From: Syncephalis fuscata S228
Taxonomy: Eukaryota > Fungi > Zoopagomycota
Direction of reading: 5' to 3'
Assembly: GCA_025786725.1 (NCBI GenBank)
Contig: JAHLTZ010000001.1
Location: 744,001 to 808,000, forward strand
DNA: 64,000 nt
Part shown: one piece after another, positions 40,256 through 53,925 of the stretch
Layout: every line of letters begins with the position of its first letter
Position numbering within the stretch: the stretch's first letter is position 1
Program-made: the position numbers and the translations under genes
Notes under the pieces: model-generated
Told to the model about the DNA's origin: nothing
Seen by the model: the letters and a program-made list of their open reading frames with translations, nothing else
The model's database searches: none

Positions 40256-43200
40256 TTACAAGTCCCAACCTTCGACGTGGAATGCTTTTACATAGCCGAG
40301 GTATCGAGCAACTAGACGCTGTATCGGTAGGGATAGATTCATCGATACAAGCATGTTCTTTACTTTCGACATGCCATGAGTGCGTACTAGTCGGTTAAGG
40401 GCATGCGTAATAGGCATTGGATAGGAAACCTCGTTGTACTGGCTATCGTGGTAGATGGCCAGCTGCACTATTACTTCTAATGCTTTAAGGGCATCGCCTG
40501 TATCAATATACAGCTCAAGTAGACGGGTCCACGCTTGGAGGGAGAATTTATTGCGTAGACAGCGAACGTACGCTTCACGTGCCGCATCCTAAAAGAACAA
40601 TCAATCAATAAACTATAGTATATATATACATATACATATATAGATATGGTCTATTTAGTCTACCTTATGATGAAGTCTCAATGCCAAATCTCCTAATGCT
40701 TCCCAATCAGCGGCTGAACGTAAATAGGGAACATTCTCTTCTTTATGGCGGGCCATTTCCATTTGCCAGGCGGCATAAGCACGTAGATCCTAGACCAACA
40801 CAATATTAGTCACTAAATATATAGATATTTATGGTATTTACCTCATACAACACCATAAACAAATTATCAAGCCAACTGATATATTGGAATTCATTAATAT
40901 ATATATATAACTATAACCGATAGACAACTATTTATTACTTACCGTTCACAAAGACGCTTGCTACTTAATGGACCACCTGCTTGATTAACCGTCTTTAATT
41001 GATCTGCCACATCGATCTAATAAATATAAACACCAATATAAATAACACGTCCTATAATGGATATCTTTATTAATAACCAACCTTATTCGACTTTTCCTTG
41101 GTATTTCCATCATTATCCTCTTCGTCCAATGGTCCTTCTGCGGCTCCTTTTGGTCGTTTAATCAAAGACTCGGTCGATCGGCTTGTTTCTAATAATAGTA
41201 ATAAGTATACATATAAATTGCACAGTATTTACATTTCCACTATTTACCTATTGATTTACCAGTGGTTACAACATTCTCTAAAGTAATAGCTAGATGAGCA
41301 TGGTTGTTGTTATTATTATTAATAAGCTGCTTACTATTGTCATGTTCACCATCATTCCTAGTTGTCTCTTTAGTATCTTGTTCAGTATCTGTATTTTCTG
41401 GTGTAAGATCGATATCTTGTGATACTTGTAAAGTAGCCACAGGTGTCGATAATTGTTCATTGGCCGTTTCTGGTGATGTTGCGGCTGATTCAAGCGGCAC
41501 CTCTTCCATATCTTCATTACTACTTTTATTGTCGTCATTCAAAGTTGTCGTCGTTTTCGTTTCTACTTTCTCTGTGTCTTCTTTTACTGGTTCTTCAGTC
41601 TTTGTAGTTATTCCTGCCCCGTTATCTGTTACTGTATCTTTTCCCTTTTCTGGTGCATTATCCGATGCAGCCATCATAACAGTAACATCTCCACGCTCTT
41701 CATGTTTAATCATGCGATATTCGTCTTCCATAACAAATACCGATGAGCGTGAATGGAGTAATTCCTCCCATCCAATCTTAAATGCTAGTTGTGTCAACAT
41801 GCCGTAAGCACGAGCAAATGTACCACGAAGCATAGATGCTGGTAAGCGTTGTGATGGTTCTTGCTATATCCATATAATGTATAAATATATTTAATTAACC
41901 ATGTCCATATATATATATATATGTATTATTTAATACTTACTGTAGCAAGTGGTTCCATATCATCGTCATTTCCTTCAGTCAATGCATCAGGCTTTGTAAT
42001 CGCATGCGCACGTGCAGGTGTTGGTGCACGAGGCAGATCACGATCTGTAAAAGTAAACATTGGACAGCTATTCATGGTTAAAAGTGCCTATATAATATTT
42101 ATTATTAATCCATGTATATTATAATATGTATTAAACTAACCGCTTTAAAATTGCCCAAATCCGTGTAGATTTCCGTCAATTTGGCCCATGTAACAAATTC
42201 TGATGGAGCACAATTAACTGCTCGTTTAGCCAATTGACACGCCAATTCATATTTGCCCTTAATATTATATTCAATATTAATTAGTTGTTACTTAATGTAC
42301 TGTATTATTTACCTTTGTTCTTAAAAAGTCCACTTGAATATGTAATAGTGAATAACTTGATGGTTTCTTTAATAGAGCATCATGAAGTACTTGAACACCT
42401 CGAATCTCCTCATCTATAATACAGCCATAATAGTAATTGGCATTAATATGTTTCTTGTTATGCTATTATCTCTTCTACTTACCCATACCAATGTATGCCT
42501 CTGCCAATAATGAACCAGCCTCTGGATCCTTGTTAAATAGTAATCAAGCATGATTATGGTTAAGAATTAATACATAAACAACTCCATAATAGATTTGTAT
42601 ATTTATAAAGGATATGTTGTTCAAATGCCTTGACTGCTACATGATATCGGCCACTTTGACTGAAATACTTCATTAATCCACTGGTCAAATGATTTCGACT
42701 ATTAGTGGCAATTTGTATTTCTGCCTCTGTTCCTAATTGCCATCCTATCTCATATAGCGTTAATATTACATTCACGTCTATTCTGACGATAACTACCTTT
42801 ATGATACAATTGCGCTGTTACATCTAGAAATCGCTGTTCTGAATCCATAGTAGGAATGGGATCAAATCGACGGAAACCCGATAATCGATATTGATAATCA
42901 TCCGAGTAGAGGATGGCTCGTAACAAGGCCGACATATAAGTCTCTGACCATAATTCTGGTGTTGTTTCTTGACTATATACCAATAGTAATGATTAGTCTA
43001 GCTCTTTATATTTATTATGGTTATTGTTGTTGTTCTACTTACCGGCGACCATATGAATCAATCATAAAACATTCTACACTGCCGGGAATCTTTACAATAA
43101 CGCGCATATCAACACGTGAAAATGCATTGTAACAACTATTGAACAAATAAATACAAAGTGTTACTGGACGGCTATTAGAAGGACTAGCGCCACTATAATG

Positions 43201-43713
43201 ATATCTACCAGTAAACAGCTGAAGTAATACGCCATTGAGAATTAGATTTGCCAAACCAGCCTTGTTGTTCATTCTATATAGAATAAACGTTACTTAATAT
43301 CTATATCCATTCATTATTACATAGTCACTACTTACCTGTGAATAAGTAAGCGTATTGATATAGGCAGCTAGACTGGCCATAGTAGAGGCATCCACGCCTG
43401 ATACATGATGATAAGAGCCAAGTGAGATCTATACAACATTTATTATATTATATATAACGAGTTCAATCCATTAAAGTACACCATTTCTACCTACTTCTTG
43501 ACCTTCTTTGCCCTGTTTCTTAGTTAGATGGCATAGGTCAGGTGGGCCCAATTCACGGAAACTGCCTATTAATATCAATAGATTCATTGTTTAGCATTGA
43601 ATATTGGTTGGTTATTACGCGCCATACTTACCAATGGCATCTGTACGCGCAATAACCGATTCTCCTAACACCGATTCAAAGAATTCGGGAACATCTTTAA
43701 GGGCGTCCGACAT
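40256..43713 (-). CDS. BCH1: ChAPs family exomer cargo adaptor (Bch1/Bud7/Chs6-like), many exons including one U12-type intron
   Basis: FRELGPPDLCHL, GSYHHVSGVDASTMASLAAYINTL, CYNAFSRVDMRVIVKIPGSV, WSETYMSALLRA, APSEFVTWAKL, ALLTMNSCPMFT, LRGTFARAYGMLT..IGWEELL, KRLCERWLDNLFMVLYEDLR. Confidence 0.93.
42540..42615 (-). other. U12-type (minor spliceosome) AT-AC intron, 76 nt
   Basis: 5' splice site ATATCCTTT, branch site TTCTTAAC about 20 nt from the 3' end, terminal AC; removal gives in-frame AFEQ-L-FNKDPEAGSLL and deletes the stop at 42560. Confidence 0.9.
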
Positions 43714-44477
43714 GGTGTCGAACTAAGAGTCAAAAATGTCTATAGACAGTAGGAATATGGTTTGCTATTAGTATAGACGCGATATATAATAAAAACTAGA
43801 CAACTACACGGTATAATGTTAGATGAATAAAGACAGACAACAAGATGTTATGTTGACTAGTTGATACAGTCAAGTAGCTTTTAACGCTACATAAACAAAG
43901 TGGTTATGGGTTACAGCTATACATATAGAACAATAGATGCCATGTAGCAATAAATACTAAACACTCTAGTTCTACTGCCAAGTACTGCTTATTAGACTAC
44001 TATTTAAGCAGGCCATCTAATGACGACTAATATAATACTATAGAGCCAACTATTCTCGACTATACTCGTTTATCTATATAATGAACCACTTACACTTAAT
44101 AAATAGACTAGTATTTAGGTATTGTCACAGTATATACCATATACACGTATCAGTCACTAGTAACTACAGAATAAGTAGTAAAGGGAGTGTTAAACAACAC
44201 AACCTAAACAGCAAGAACTAAGGGCGAGTGTGATGATAGAGAGTGAGTGAGAAATGGGAATATTATTTGAATGGGCGAATAGAAATGAATTAATTCATCA
44301 TAATGTGTGTTTGTGTTGACGTCGATGATTTGATATTAACATTCATTTATTTTCTATTAATAGATTTATAGAAATGCATTTTATTTCATTTTAATACAAT
44401 AATATTAATAACGATAGTAATCATGTGGGGATGTAAAGTGATTTATGGTCATTATAAATAAACAATGCTTATATTAA

Positions 44478-46942
44478 TTAATACATATCTTCCATTAGAC
44501 TTAATAATACACCTAGTGGAGCACCTAGACCGAATCGAACAGTGGTATCACCGGTAATGGCACCGACAGCATAGAAGCCTAAATGCTTTGTTTTTCCTTG
44601 TTCGTCAACTACCCGACTTGTCCATGGATCAATGAGTAATGGACTGCCATATTCAACGACTACAGAAGGTGTCGTATTCATTAATTGATACTTTTTGCTA
44701 TTGCTATTGCTACTACTGTTGTTGTTACGGTTATTATTTAATGTGGGTGGGGTCGTTGAAGATGGCATTAATAAACAATGGGTTGATAGTCGACCACGTA
44801 AGAATTGTGGCCGTGTATGTCGACCAATAACAATAATGGCCCCCGCTACTGATCGTGTTACAATCTGTCCGTCGGAAAGACGTAAATCGACCCGGTAAAC
44901 CGGTTGGGGTGTATACTGACGACGGAATCGTATAACCTGAGCATCTGGCACTCCTTCATACCATGTTTCTGAATGAGCGGTGGTATTGCTGGTAAAAGTA
45001 TTACTTGCACGTTGTGCTCGTAACATACGTCGACGGGTGGCATGATATTCGGGATAGGTGTCAGAAGTAAATCCTGATGCAAGTGGTGGTGCAGCATGTA
45101 ATCGTTTTCTCGATCGATAAGCACTGTCGGATAGAAATACATGCAGTGCACGTTGTTTACGACCTCGTAAGCGATTTAAAGCATCAGCTGCAGATAATCC
45201 CGATCCAACTACTAGATACGGTAGAAATAGCTGTTCTTTTTGTTCTCCTTTCTGTGTCGTGGTCGTTGCATGATCGTAATGACTTGGATAACAAAATGAT
45301 GATGGCATGGACATTGCATATTGTGATTGAGATGATGTCGGTAATACATTCATCGGTGTCTTCTTTAATACCATTTGGGAATGTGTATCGAATGGTTCAC
45401 GGAATAGTAGCGTATTAATAAATGGATGATGTTGTATCCAATCGGCCGATTCTCCTGGTACACCTAATCGTTTAGGTTCATCGAACATGCCACAAGCAAT
45501 AACTATAGATTGAGCATGTATTTCAAAGGGTATTGTTTTATGTTCATGTCTATTATAGAATGATGTTGAAGTAGTAGTGGTAGAAGTAGTGGTAGAAGTA
45601 GTAGTGGCTGATAGTTCACGTAATCCACAAATACGATAACGCAATTCATTAGTAGATGCACTATATAAACGTGTTGATGTATCTTCAAGCCAATGTACTT
45701 CAGTAATCGTTGATTGGCTATAAATAGATGATGCAATATTGGTATGATCAATATATGCCTTATAATAATGAGCAATATCTGAACGCGTAGGTCGCATCAT
45801 ATCAATCTGTTCACTATCATACTGCGTCTTATCGGTATATTTATCAGATCGATATTGTAGCCACCAATCACGAAAGGTATATCCAGGTAATGCCAGTTGA
45901 TTGGCCACACTATGATAAATGCATCATTTGTAAATATAATTAGTTATAGTGTGTGACCGTGATGATCCATTAGGATACTGTATCTAAATACTATTCTTAA
46001 ATTAAACATACCTTAATGCTTGTTGTTCATCTTGAGCCATATGTGACCACAATCCACCGGGATCAGTACGGCCTACCACACAATGGGAGATGGGCCGAGC
46101 CACACGTTTCCATGTTAACAGTGAGGCATGCTCTTCTCCTGCATCGGCACCGGGTCGTTCAAGAGCATCAAGCAATAAAGCAAGTGGATTTCTTGAACGC
46201 GCACCTAATGGTGAATCAAGCAACGGCAGAGCAATTTGTCGTAATAATTGCTATACATATCATCAGTCATTGGTGGGTGGCTATTATACATTATAGGACG
46301 CCAATTACCTGATCTGTTAATGGCACACCAATAAATGATGCTAGTGGTGTGGATAACCAACGCGGTAACACTGCATATGCTCGAGTTAGATCACGTGATT
46401 CCAATATGGGTCGATAACCAGAAAGTAAAAAAGAAGTAAATAAGGCAGATGGACCAGTGCCTATTTATATAAATTATATAAAATTGTAAAATGTCTCTAT
46501 TAGTTATTATTATGGTAATTAATCCATTCTATTCCATACCAATAACGAGTACATCTATTTCGGTAGGTAGACCGGCATTTATTGATACGACATCATTCAT
46601 ATCCATATTGATATCCATATTGATATTGCTAGTGTCGGTTATATCGTTATCGAACAAAGGTGTAGGTGGCGATAAAGACGTGTCAGTTATAGTAGCATAA
46701 TAATGACTATCGTCGTTATTGTCAACACTACTATTACTGCTACTATCCGTATTCGTATTAGCAGGACTATTCACGTCATGGTTATTGTTACTGCTAAATG
46801 AATGACCATATTCATAATAACAATGACGCGAATAGTTATTTGTTACAAGGTTAGACTGCATAGCGTCGTGATTCATGGAGGGCGATAGAGTAGACTGCGT
46901 CGTTTCATAACGATAGTCAAGACACGTACACGCTGGAATCAT
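44478..46942 (-). CDS. OSGIN1/2-like FAD-dependent oxidoreductase (3 exons)
   Basis: DVLVIG-TGPSAL FAD motif; GARSRNPLALLLDALERP..LLTWK..HCVVGRTDPGGLW resembles OSGIN; second motif VVGSGLSAADA; YPEYH; FYAVGAITGDTTVRF. Confidence 0.8.
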
Positions 46943-47327
46943 AACCAAGCAACTGACTAATAACCAATAACGAAACTGAGATAAAAGAGAAATAAAAAGA
47001 AGAGTAAGGGTCGGTCGGTCGGTCGGTCGGATGTAGAGCGAGAGAAACTTATCGGTGTTGTTTTGTCTTATACTTCTTTTTCTCTCTTTCTTGTGTGTGT
47101 GTGCGTGTGATGAGTGGATTTGTCAGCGACAAGTTTTAGAAAAATGATTTGCTGATGGACATAGTTCCATTTACACATGGCCATGTCGGATCAATAGAAT
47201 CCATTCACTTGGCACCTATTTAAGACTGCCATTGATGTCTTTATTCCTAAGTATACTGCTAGATAAGCATGCATGGATATCGGATGGTCTAACTACCGAT
47301 AGATAATAAGAAATAAAAAGGAGATGT

Positions 47328-50300
47328 CTATATAGTACAGTAACGATAAAGGAGATGTTGTGCCAGACCTGGTGATCCTGTAGACATGTAGATAAGCGAT
47401 AGATTGTAGGCTGCATCACGTTGTAAATCATTTATAGGATTGGTTATCTATCAGGGAATACAAGTCAGTTCGGTATACTAATATAGTAGTTGGTAGTAAT
47501 GTCACTTACAGATAAAGAAAGTCGAATGGCACGTTCGTATTGGGGAATAGCGAGAAAATTTAATCCTATAGTCAGGTGTTATTAAAAGACCGTCAAATAG
47601 AATAAATGAACATTACCAATATGTTGAAATGCTCTACCAAGATTATAGGCTGTTTCTTGAGTGTGACCTCGTAATTGAGCATAGTTAGCAAAGAAAGCAA
47701 ATCCCTAATCAATAGATATATGAATAAATGGATGCTAATAGATACATACTTACTCGTAGAATATGGGCATGTCTATTTTCGGTCTTTCTTTGCATTGCTC
47801 TATGAAGATGAGAAATACCCAATTGTAGAGATACAATGGGATCAAAGGGCGATAAACGATAAGCACGGGTAAAATACGCTATATAATAGTGCAATAGTGT
47901 AATTGTAATAATAAATAGTCGTTGTTAACTATTAATAACTATAATGGATCATAATAAATAATATGAATATTTACCAATGGCTAATCGATAGCTTTTTCCC
48001 ACCATGGACATACTTGCATTTAACATGAATAGTTCTGGTTTTAATAAGGCTAATAAATCTGTACTGTCTGTATTAGTAGTAGATGTTGACAATTGAAATG
48101 CTTGTGCTTCCATAGCAAGTATAAATCGACGAACATATTTCTGAGCATTACTAGACCCGTAAGCAATGATTGGATCAATGTATCTATTCATTTAATGTTG
48201 ATTAATATTTATATTCATTTATATATATATATATCATTCATTTTACCGTGGCGCAATAGCATTATAAAATAATAATGATTCATGAGTAACACCTATGTGT
48301 CGACATAGATTACGAGCATTATGCATTGCTTCTTCAACTTCACCTTGTCGTAGATTAATGACTAGTTATAATAGTTGTATAATAGTTGTATATTAATTAT
48401 ATCCATCTATTAATCTGTTAATAATTACCAATTTCCACTAATTTACTAGTAACACGCCATGAATCTTGGATAACAAATACGGATGTTTGTTGTATACGTC
48501 TTAATACTTGATGGGCATGATCCCATTTACCACGATGACTCAATACCAATAAATACTATAAGATTTTTAAGTATAAATATTAATATTTAATAAACCATTT
48601 ACCTTCATTAGGAAATCTAACCAATCATCGGTTGATTTTCCTAATACCACATTACTGTGATGCATTACTTTATTATTTACAATATTTGGACGAAATCGTT
48701 TTTCTGTATCATTGTCCGTCTAATAATAATAATAACAATAACAACATATATATATATATATATATGATTAATATTAGTTTTAATGTAATAATTTATTATT
48801 ACCTCTCCTCGTGGATATAATATGGGTGCATTAGTAAATATCTCTATAATGCTTGTAAATCTCTAGATATTGATCCTATAACATACAATAAATAGGTTAT
48901 TATATAATAGCTATATCTATTACCGTTTCAGTGTGTATTATTTGATTGACTAAGTAATGCTAGCATATGGAAATGATTAGCAGTAATGCCTTCTTGTTCT
49001 CGTTGATGGGCCAATGCTTTCTCTTGACGGCGGAGTGCTTTTAACTGATTTGTTTGTCGTCTTTCTGGTGTAAATATATTGATACTGCTCACTCCTTGTA
49101 CCGCTTTATTCTTCTTTCCTTTTCGTTTTGGCTTCTTTATTAGAGATAGATGTCATTCTCGCTTTCATCTTCATCTTCTTGGTTATCTGATTCAGTCTCT
49201 GGTGCTGTATATCGATAATTAGGATCATCGATGCCTGATGAATCCCCGCCTTCTTCAGCACTCGTTCTAGTAGTTGCTGGCTGTTTTCTCTACGTCTTAA
49301 TGAACGTTCTCCATAGCGCACGTATTGGCTATTAGTATAGCCATACAATCATATAACCATATAATTAGTATTAGATAGATTGATGTTTAATTAAATCTAC
49401 CTTGGCTTAAATAAAGTACAGCCAATTCTTGTTCTCCTAATGATTCATATAACTTGGCCAATTCTTCTCTTACTTGTCTATTCTTGGGCATAGCATTAGC
49501 AACTATGGTCATTATGGCCATTATTATCATTATAGCATGGTTAGTATAAAGCATTACAATTATGTATATAAATAAATAAGTATATAAACATATAAATATA
49601 ATATTAATACCTTCTACAAGTACTTCTGCAGCTGCATCTGAATTATCAAGTAATCGATAACATCGACTTAGATGGATGCGACATTGTAAATCTGTCTAAT
49701 CATCTTATTATTAGACCATATCTTTATATATATATTATATTCATTCTACCTTTACTTCATGAGCAATAATAGAATATACTTCAATGGCTTCATGAATTAA
49801 TTCACCCTCCATGTAAGCTTCTGCCATTTGATGGTAGAGTTCTTGATGTGCTACAATAGGTAGTCCATTTAATCGTGCAAAATGCATCTATTGATCATCA
49901 TATATAATGTATCAATACATATTAATATAATATGTCTATTATAGAGTATCTACCTTAGCTTGAGCAATCTCTCCAATAGCTAGACGACAAACACCAAGTT
50001 TAACTCGAAGATCAATAGGCAGAGGATGTTCATCATATTCAACATCATCAATGCGTGTCTCCCATACTATTTGTGTGCCACGTAACTGTAAACGACGGAC
50101 ACTACGTTTAATGACTAATAGCGCACGTTCATAATCGCCTATTTCCATATACAGTTCAGCTAGAAAGTTTGTTTGTTCCCATCTAAATAGTGGTGGATCA
50201 ACGGGTCCTTCTATCGGTAATGTTTCCTCCATAAGTCGTTCATATAATAAAATGGCATCATGACTACGTCCACGTTCTACGTAAAAGCGTAGTAAATGAT

Positions 50301-51656
50301 GAATTGCTACTTCATCTTCTGGTTGTAGTTTTAAAATAGTTTCATAGCCTTCAATAGCCTATAATAAGTATTGTAAACATCAATATATACATATACATAT
50401 ATAATAGTTACCCGTTGTATTCTACCTGCTTCCATATAGACTTCACAACGTGCATGTAAAAGACCAATATCCTTTGGTTGGAGTGATAGTGCTCGCGTGT
50501 AACAATGGACAGCATGCATAGGATTATTACGCTTTCTACTCATATACACATGCATATTCATATTCATGGGTTAATATATACCATTTATACTATAACTGTA
50601 ATTTACCGTAACTGTTCTGCTACCCAGCACCATAAATCAGGATCACGGGCATTTTGTGCAGCACAGAATCGTAAAACAAATGCTCGTTCCTCTTCACCTT
50701 GGTTTTCTTTAATAAGTGCCAGTAATAACCAGGCATGTTCTACTTGAGGGGCCAGTCTAATAGCTTCATTCAAATAAGGAATGGCGTCTGTTTCACGATC
50801 TCCAACATATAAACTATTTGCCTGTTGCAATAGATTCTTTACTTGGAGTGGAATGGCCGTGGTGGTTTGTCGTGTACCTGGTTGACGCTACATTATAATT
50901 TTATATTTATATTAATAAAACATTAGTATATAATATATAATATATAATAACTTACGGCTTGTCGAAGTCGTGCCGTCCAATACCACTGGCCTGACGTAGA
51001 TTATTATGAAATTCGGCCATATCTGCTTTAAAATCCTGTTGCATTTCTGTCTGAATTGTTTGCCTAATGGACCACCCTCTTGTTGCATTTCCATAGCTGC
51101 TTTTTGAGCATCTTGCATGTATTTTCTATTAATCATATATTAATATAATATATTATAATATAATATAATTTAATTTAATTTAGTTACATCTCGTTTTAAC
51201 TTACGCAAATTCTTGTTCTTCAGGCATTTCTGTGTCTTCATTTTCATTTAAATTATGTCTCTTTGTCTTTACTGTCGCTTTACCCGCTGTTGCTGTTGCT
51301 GTAGATTCTTCATCCGTACCTGATCCTGATTCTTCGCCACCATAATCTAGTTCATCCATATCTGCTGCCAATAATTCTTCATAGTCTGTCTGGTCATATT
51401 GTCCAAAGTCGGTCATATAATCATTTACAGTGGCCGTTGTAGCTATATCTGCATAATTGTGTGGTGCTAGTTCAGATGCTGTCCACTCGGTATCGCCACC
51501 GACCACACCGGGTGGCTGTGCGTAACTATCATGCATCGACACGTCTTCATAGCCATTTTGATTGACTGGACCTAGATCTAAACCCAACGGTAAAGACGAG
51601 TCATCGCCGGCCAATAGACGAAGAAAGTACCCGTCTGATGCTGATTCCTCATTCAT
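47328..51656 (-). CDS. TFC4: RNA polymerase III transcription factor TFIIIC subunit Tfc4/GTF3C3 (TPR protein, many exons)
   Basis: Acidic N-terminus; ANSLYV..EAIRLAP TPRs; LPIDLRVKLGVCRL; HRAMQRKTENRH; AYNLGRAFQHIGL; DAAYNLSLIY..G..AQHLL C-terminus. Confidence 0.9.
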
Positions 51657-51884
51657 TAGAATAATAATACTAATAATAGCAATAACAATAGTAAAATACT
51701 ATGTTGTATTACTAGAATGAAGCGTGTTATAAGCTAACAATAGTGAGCAAATAATGACGCAGTCTTTTTTTTGAACCAAGAATTATAATTTTTTTTATAT
51801 TTTGGAATTTGTGTGTGGCCTTTTCTTTGTTCCTTCTCCGCATATTTGCATCTTGAATCACTTCAACAGCACGACGACTTCATA

Positions 51885-53037
51885 ATGGCAGCGGCAGCCG
51901 TTCGTGTGCAGGGACGCGTATTCAGACCACCCATGACTACGTCGTGGATGGCTAGCTATACACCAAGATGTTATTCTATGCCAGCCGATGTGCTTTCATC
52001 GACACAGACCAGAGATAGGCTTTTTCGTATTGCTATTGACGGACCAGCTGCCGGTGGCAAGAGTAAGTAGCTAGTAATAAACTGAATGGTAATAGAATAT
52101 TAATGGTCTATAATGTAAATAGGCAGTACGGCACGAACATTAGCAGCACGTTTGGGCTTTCGCTATGTGGATACAGGTATGTAGTATAATATAATATAAT
52201 AAATGTGAGTATACTAATAACAATATTTAATGTTATAAATCAATTTATAATTTATTCAATAATAGGTGCCATGTATCGTGCGGTAAATAAAATAAACCAT
52301 TTATTATTTAACACACTGGCCTAACTATCGATGTATCGTATCGTATAGATTACTCTGTTGGCCATGCGGGCTGGTTTAGACGCCGACAAAGATACGGATA
52401 AAGTACGAGAGTTAACGCGCGAGGCCCGTTTTGACTTTAGTCTGGTTACTGGTAATACACCATCGAATGACCTATCCGCACTGCTACTAGCACCACCACG
52501 ACTACAAGTAACGGTTAATGACGAGGATGTTACGGAAGAAATACGTTTACCAACAGTGACACGTGCTGTAGCAGCCATTGCTAGACTACCAGCTGTTCGG
52601 TCGTTAATGTTGCAGAAACAGCGGGCATTTGGTATGTCCGATGGACGTACTTCTTCTAGTGTTGGTGGAGGACTTGTAATGGATGGGCGTGATATTGGAT
52701 CAGTAGTATTTCCTGATGCTGAATTAAAAGTATTTTTAACTGCCCAGCTTGAAGCACGGGCTCAGCGTCGTTTCCGTGAACTTGCACTAAAGGAATCAAC
52801 TACTACTACGACATCAGAGACGGAGACGGAACGGACAACTGCATTCAACGCACTTGTAGCAGAGATTCGTGCACGTGATCAATCTGACGAGGAACGGGCC
52901 GTATCACCGCTTGTACGTGCTCCTGATGCTGTTCTTATTGATACGTCGCACATGTCATTTCTGAACAAGTAGCGGCTATTGAACATTTGGCACGAGTACG
53001 AATGGCACCACGGCCATCATCATCATCGCCTCTATAA
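51885..53037 (+). CDS. cmk: Bacterial-type cytidylate kinase with presequence-like N-terminus (4 exons including a 17-nt microexon at 52266-52282; apparent frameshift near 52957)
   Basis: [88 protein letters not shown]. Confidence 0.92.
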
Positions 53038-53925
53038 ATTGACTGAGTTGATTTTACTTGCTATAACAGTCACGTGATGTATTGATGCTAATTCTCTATT
53101 TTCCAATAAACCAGAAACTAATGAATATTTTTACTAGTTGAAAGGAGCACACAAACAGATACACAAATATATGACGAGTCTCTCTCTCTCTCTCACCCAT
53201 CCACTTACTTACTCATTCACTTATTCATTCTATTCTTTTTTATTTGTTGTTTTAGTAACAAAGTGTTGTATAAAGGAGAGAGAGAAAAAGAGAAAAGAAA
53301 AGAGAAGAGAAGAGAGGAAGAGAGCGTATATTTGTGCGTATGTATGCGCTTTCTACTTGTTGTAACAGTTAAGGTATTCTTGATTGTATACTACAAATAA
53401 CGTAGTTTATTAACACGGCCATAATCAGGGAATTACTGCTTGTGATCAGTTCTATCTAGTCTATTTGATTGAATCTGTTTGAAGTACAAGTACAAGTAGT
53501 TGTTGTTGGTTCATACCTTTTTATAGTAAGTGAAACAGTTGTATTTATTGGTGTGGCCTATTAGTTAGATGATAGTCGAGTCTTTGCTTATTATTTAGTG
53601 CATAGACAAAAGAGAAGCACTACAATTAATAGGAGTGCCGTTATAATGGCTGACTATGTGTTCTAGTTGGCATATAGTCTAAATTGTATTATTTTGTGTA
53701 TTAATGTTAATATATTTATTATTGATTTAGACTATTTTGGTACTTGGACTTTGATCAAATAGTTATTATTGGTACATATATAAGGCAATTAAACGCGACA
53801 ATTACTTATATCAACAACAGCAATAACCACAACAATTGATTAAGCCTCTATCGTATTTGAGACGTATATCAACTTAGCCATACTGTTATTCATTCATTGA
53901 CATTATACGGTAAAAGTGGCACATT

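Noticed and set aside
41304-41807. Long antisense ORFs (also 9885-10723, 18853-19542, 23255-23509, 55915-56181)
   Set aside because: Shadow frames opposite real exons or low-complexity codon repeats
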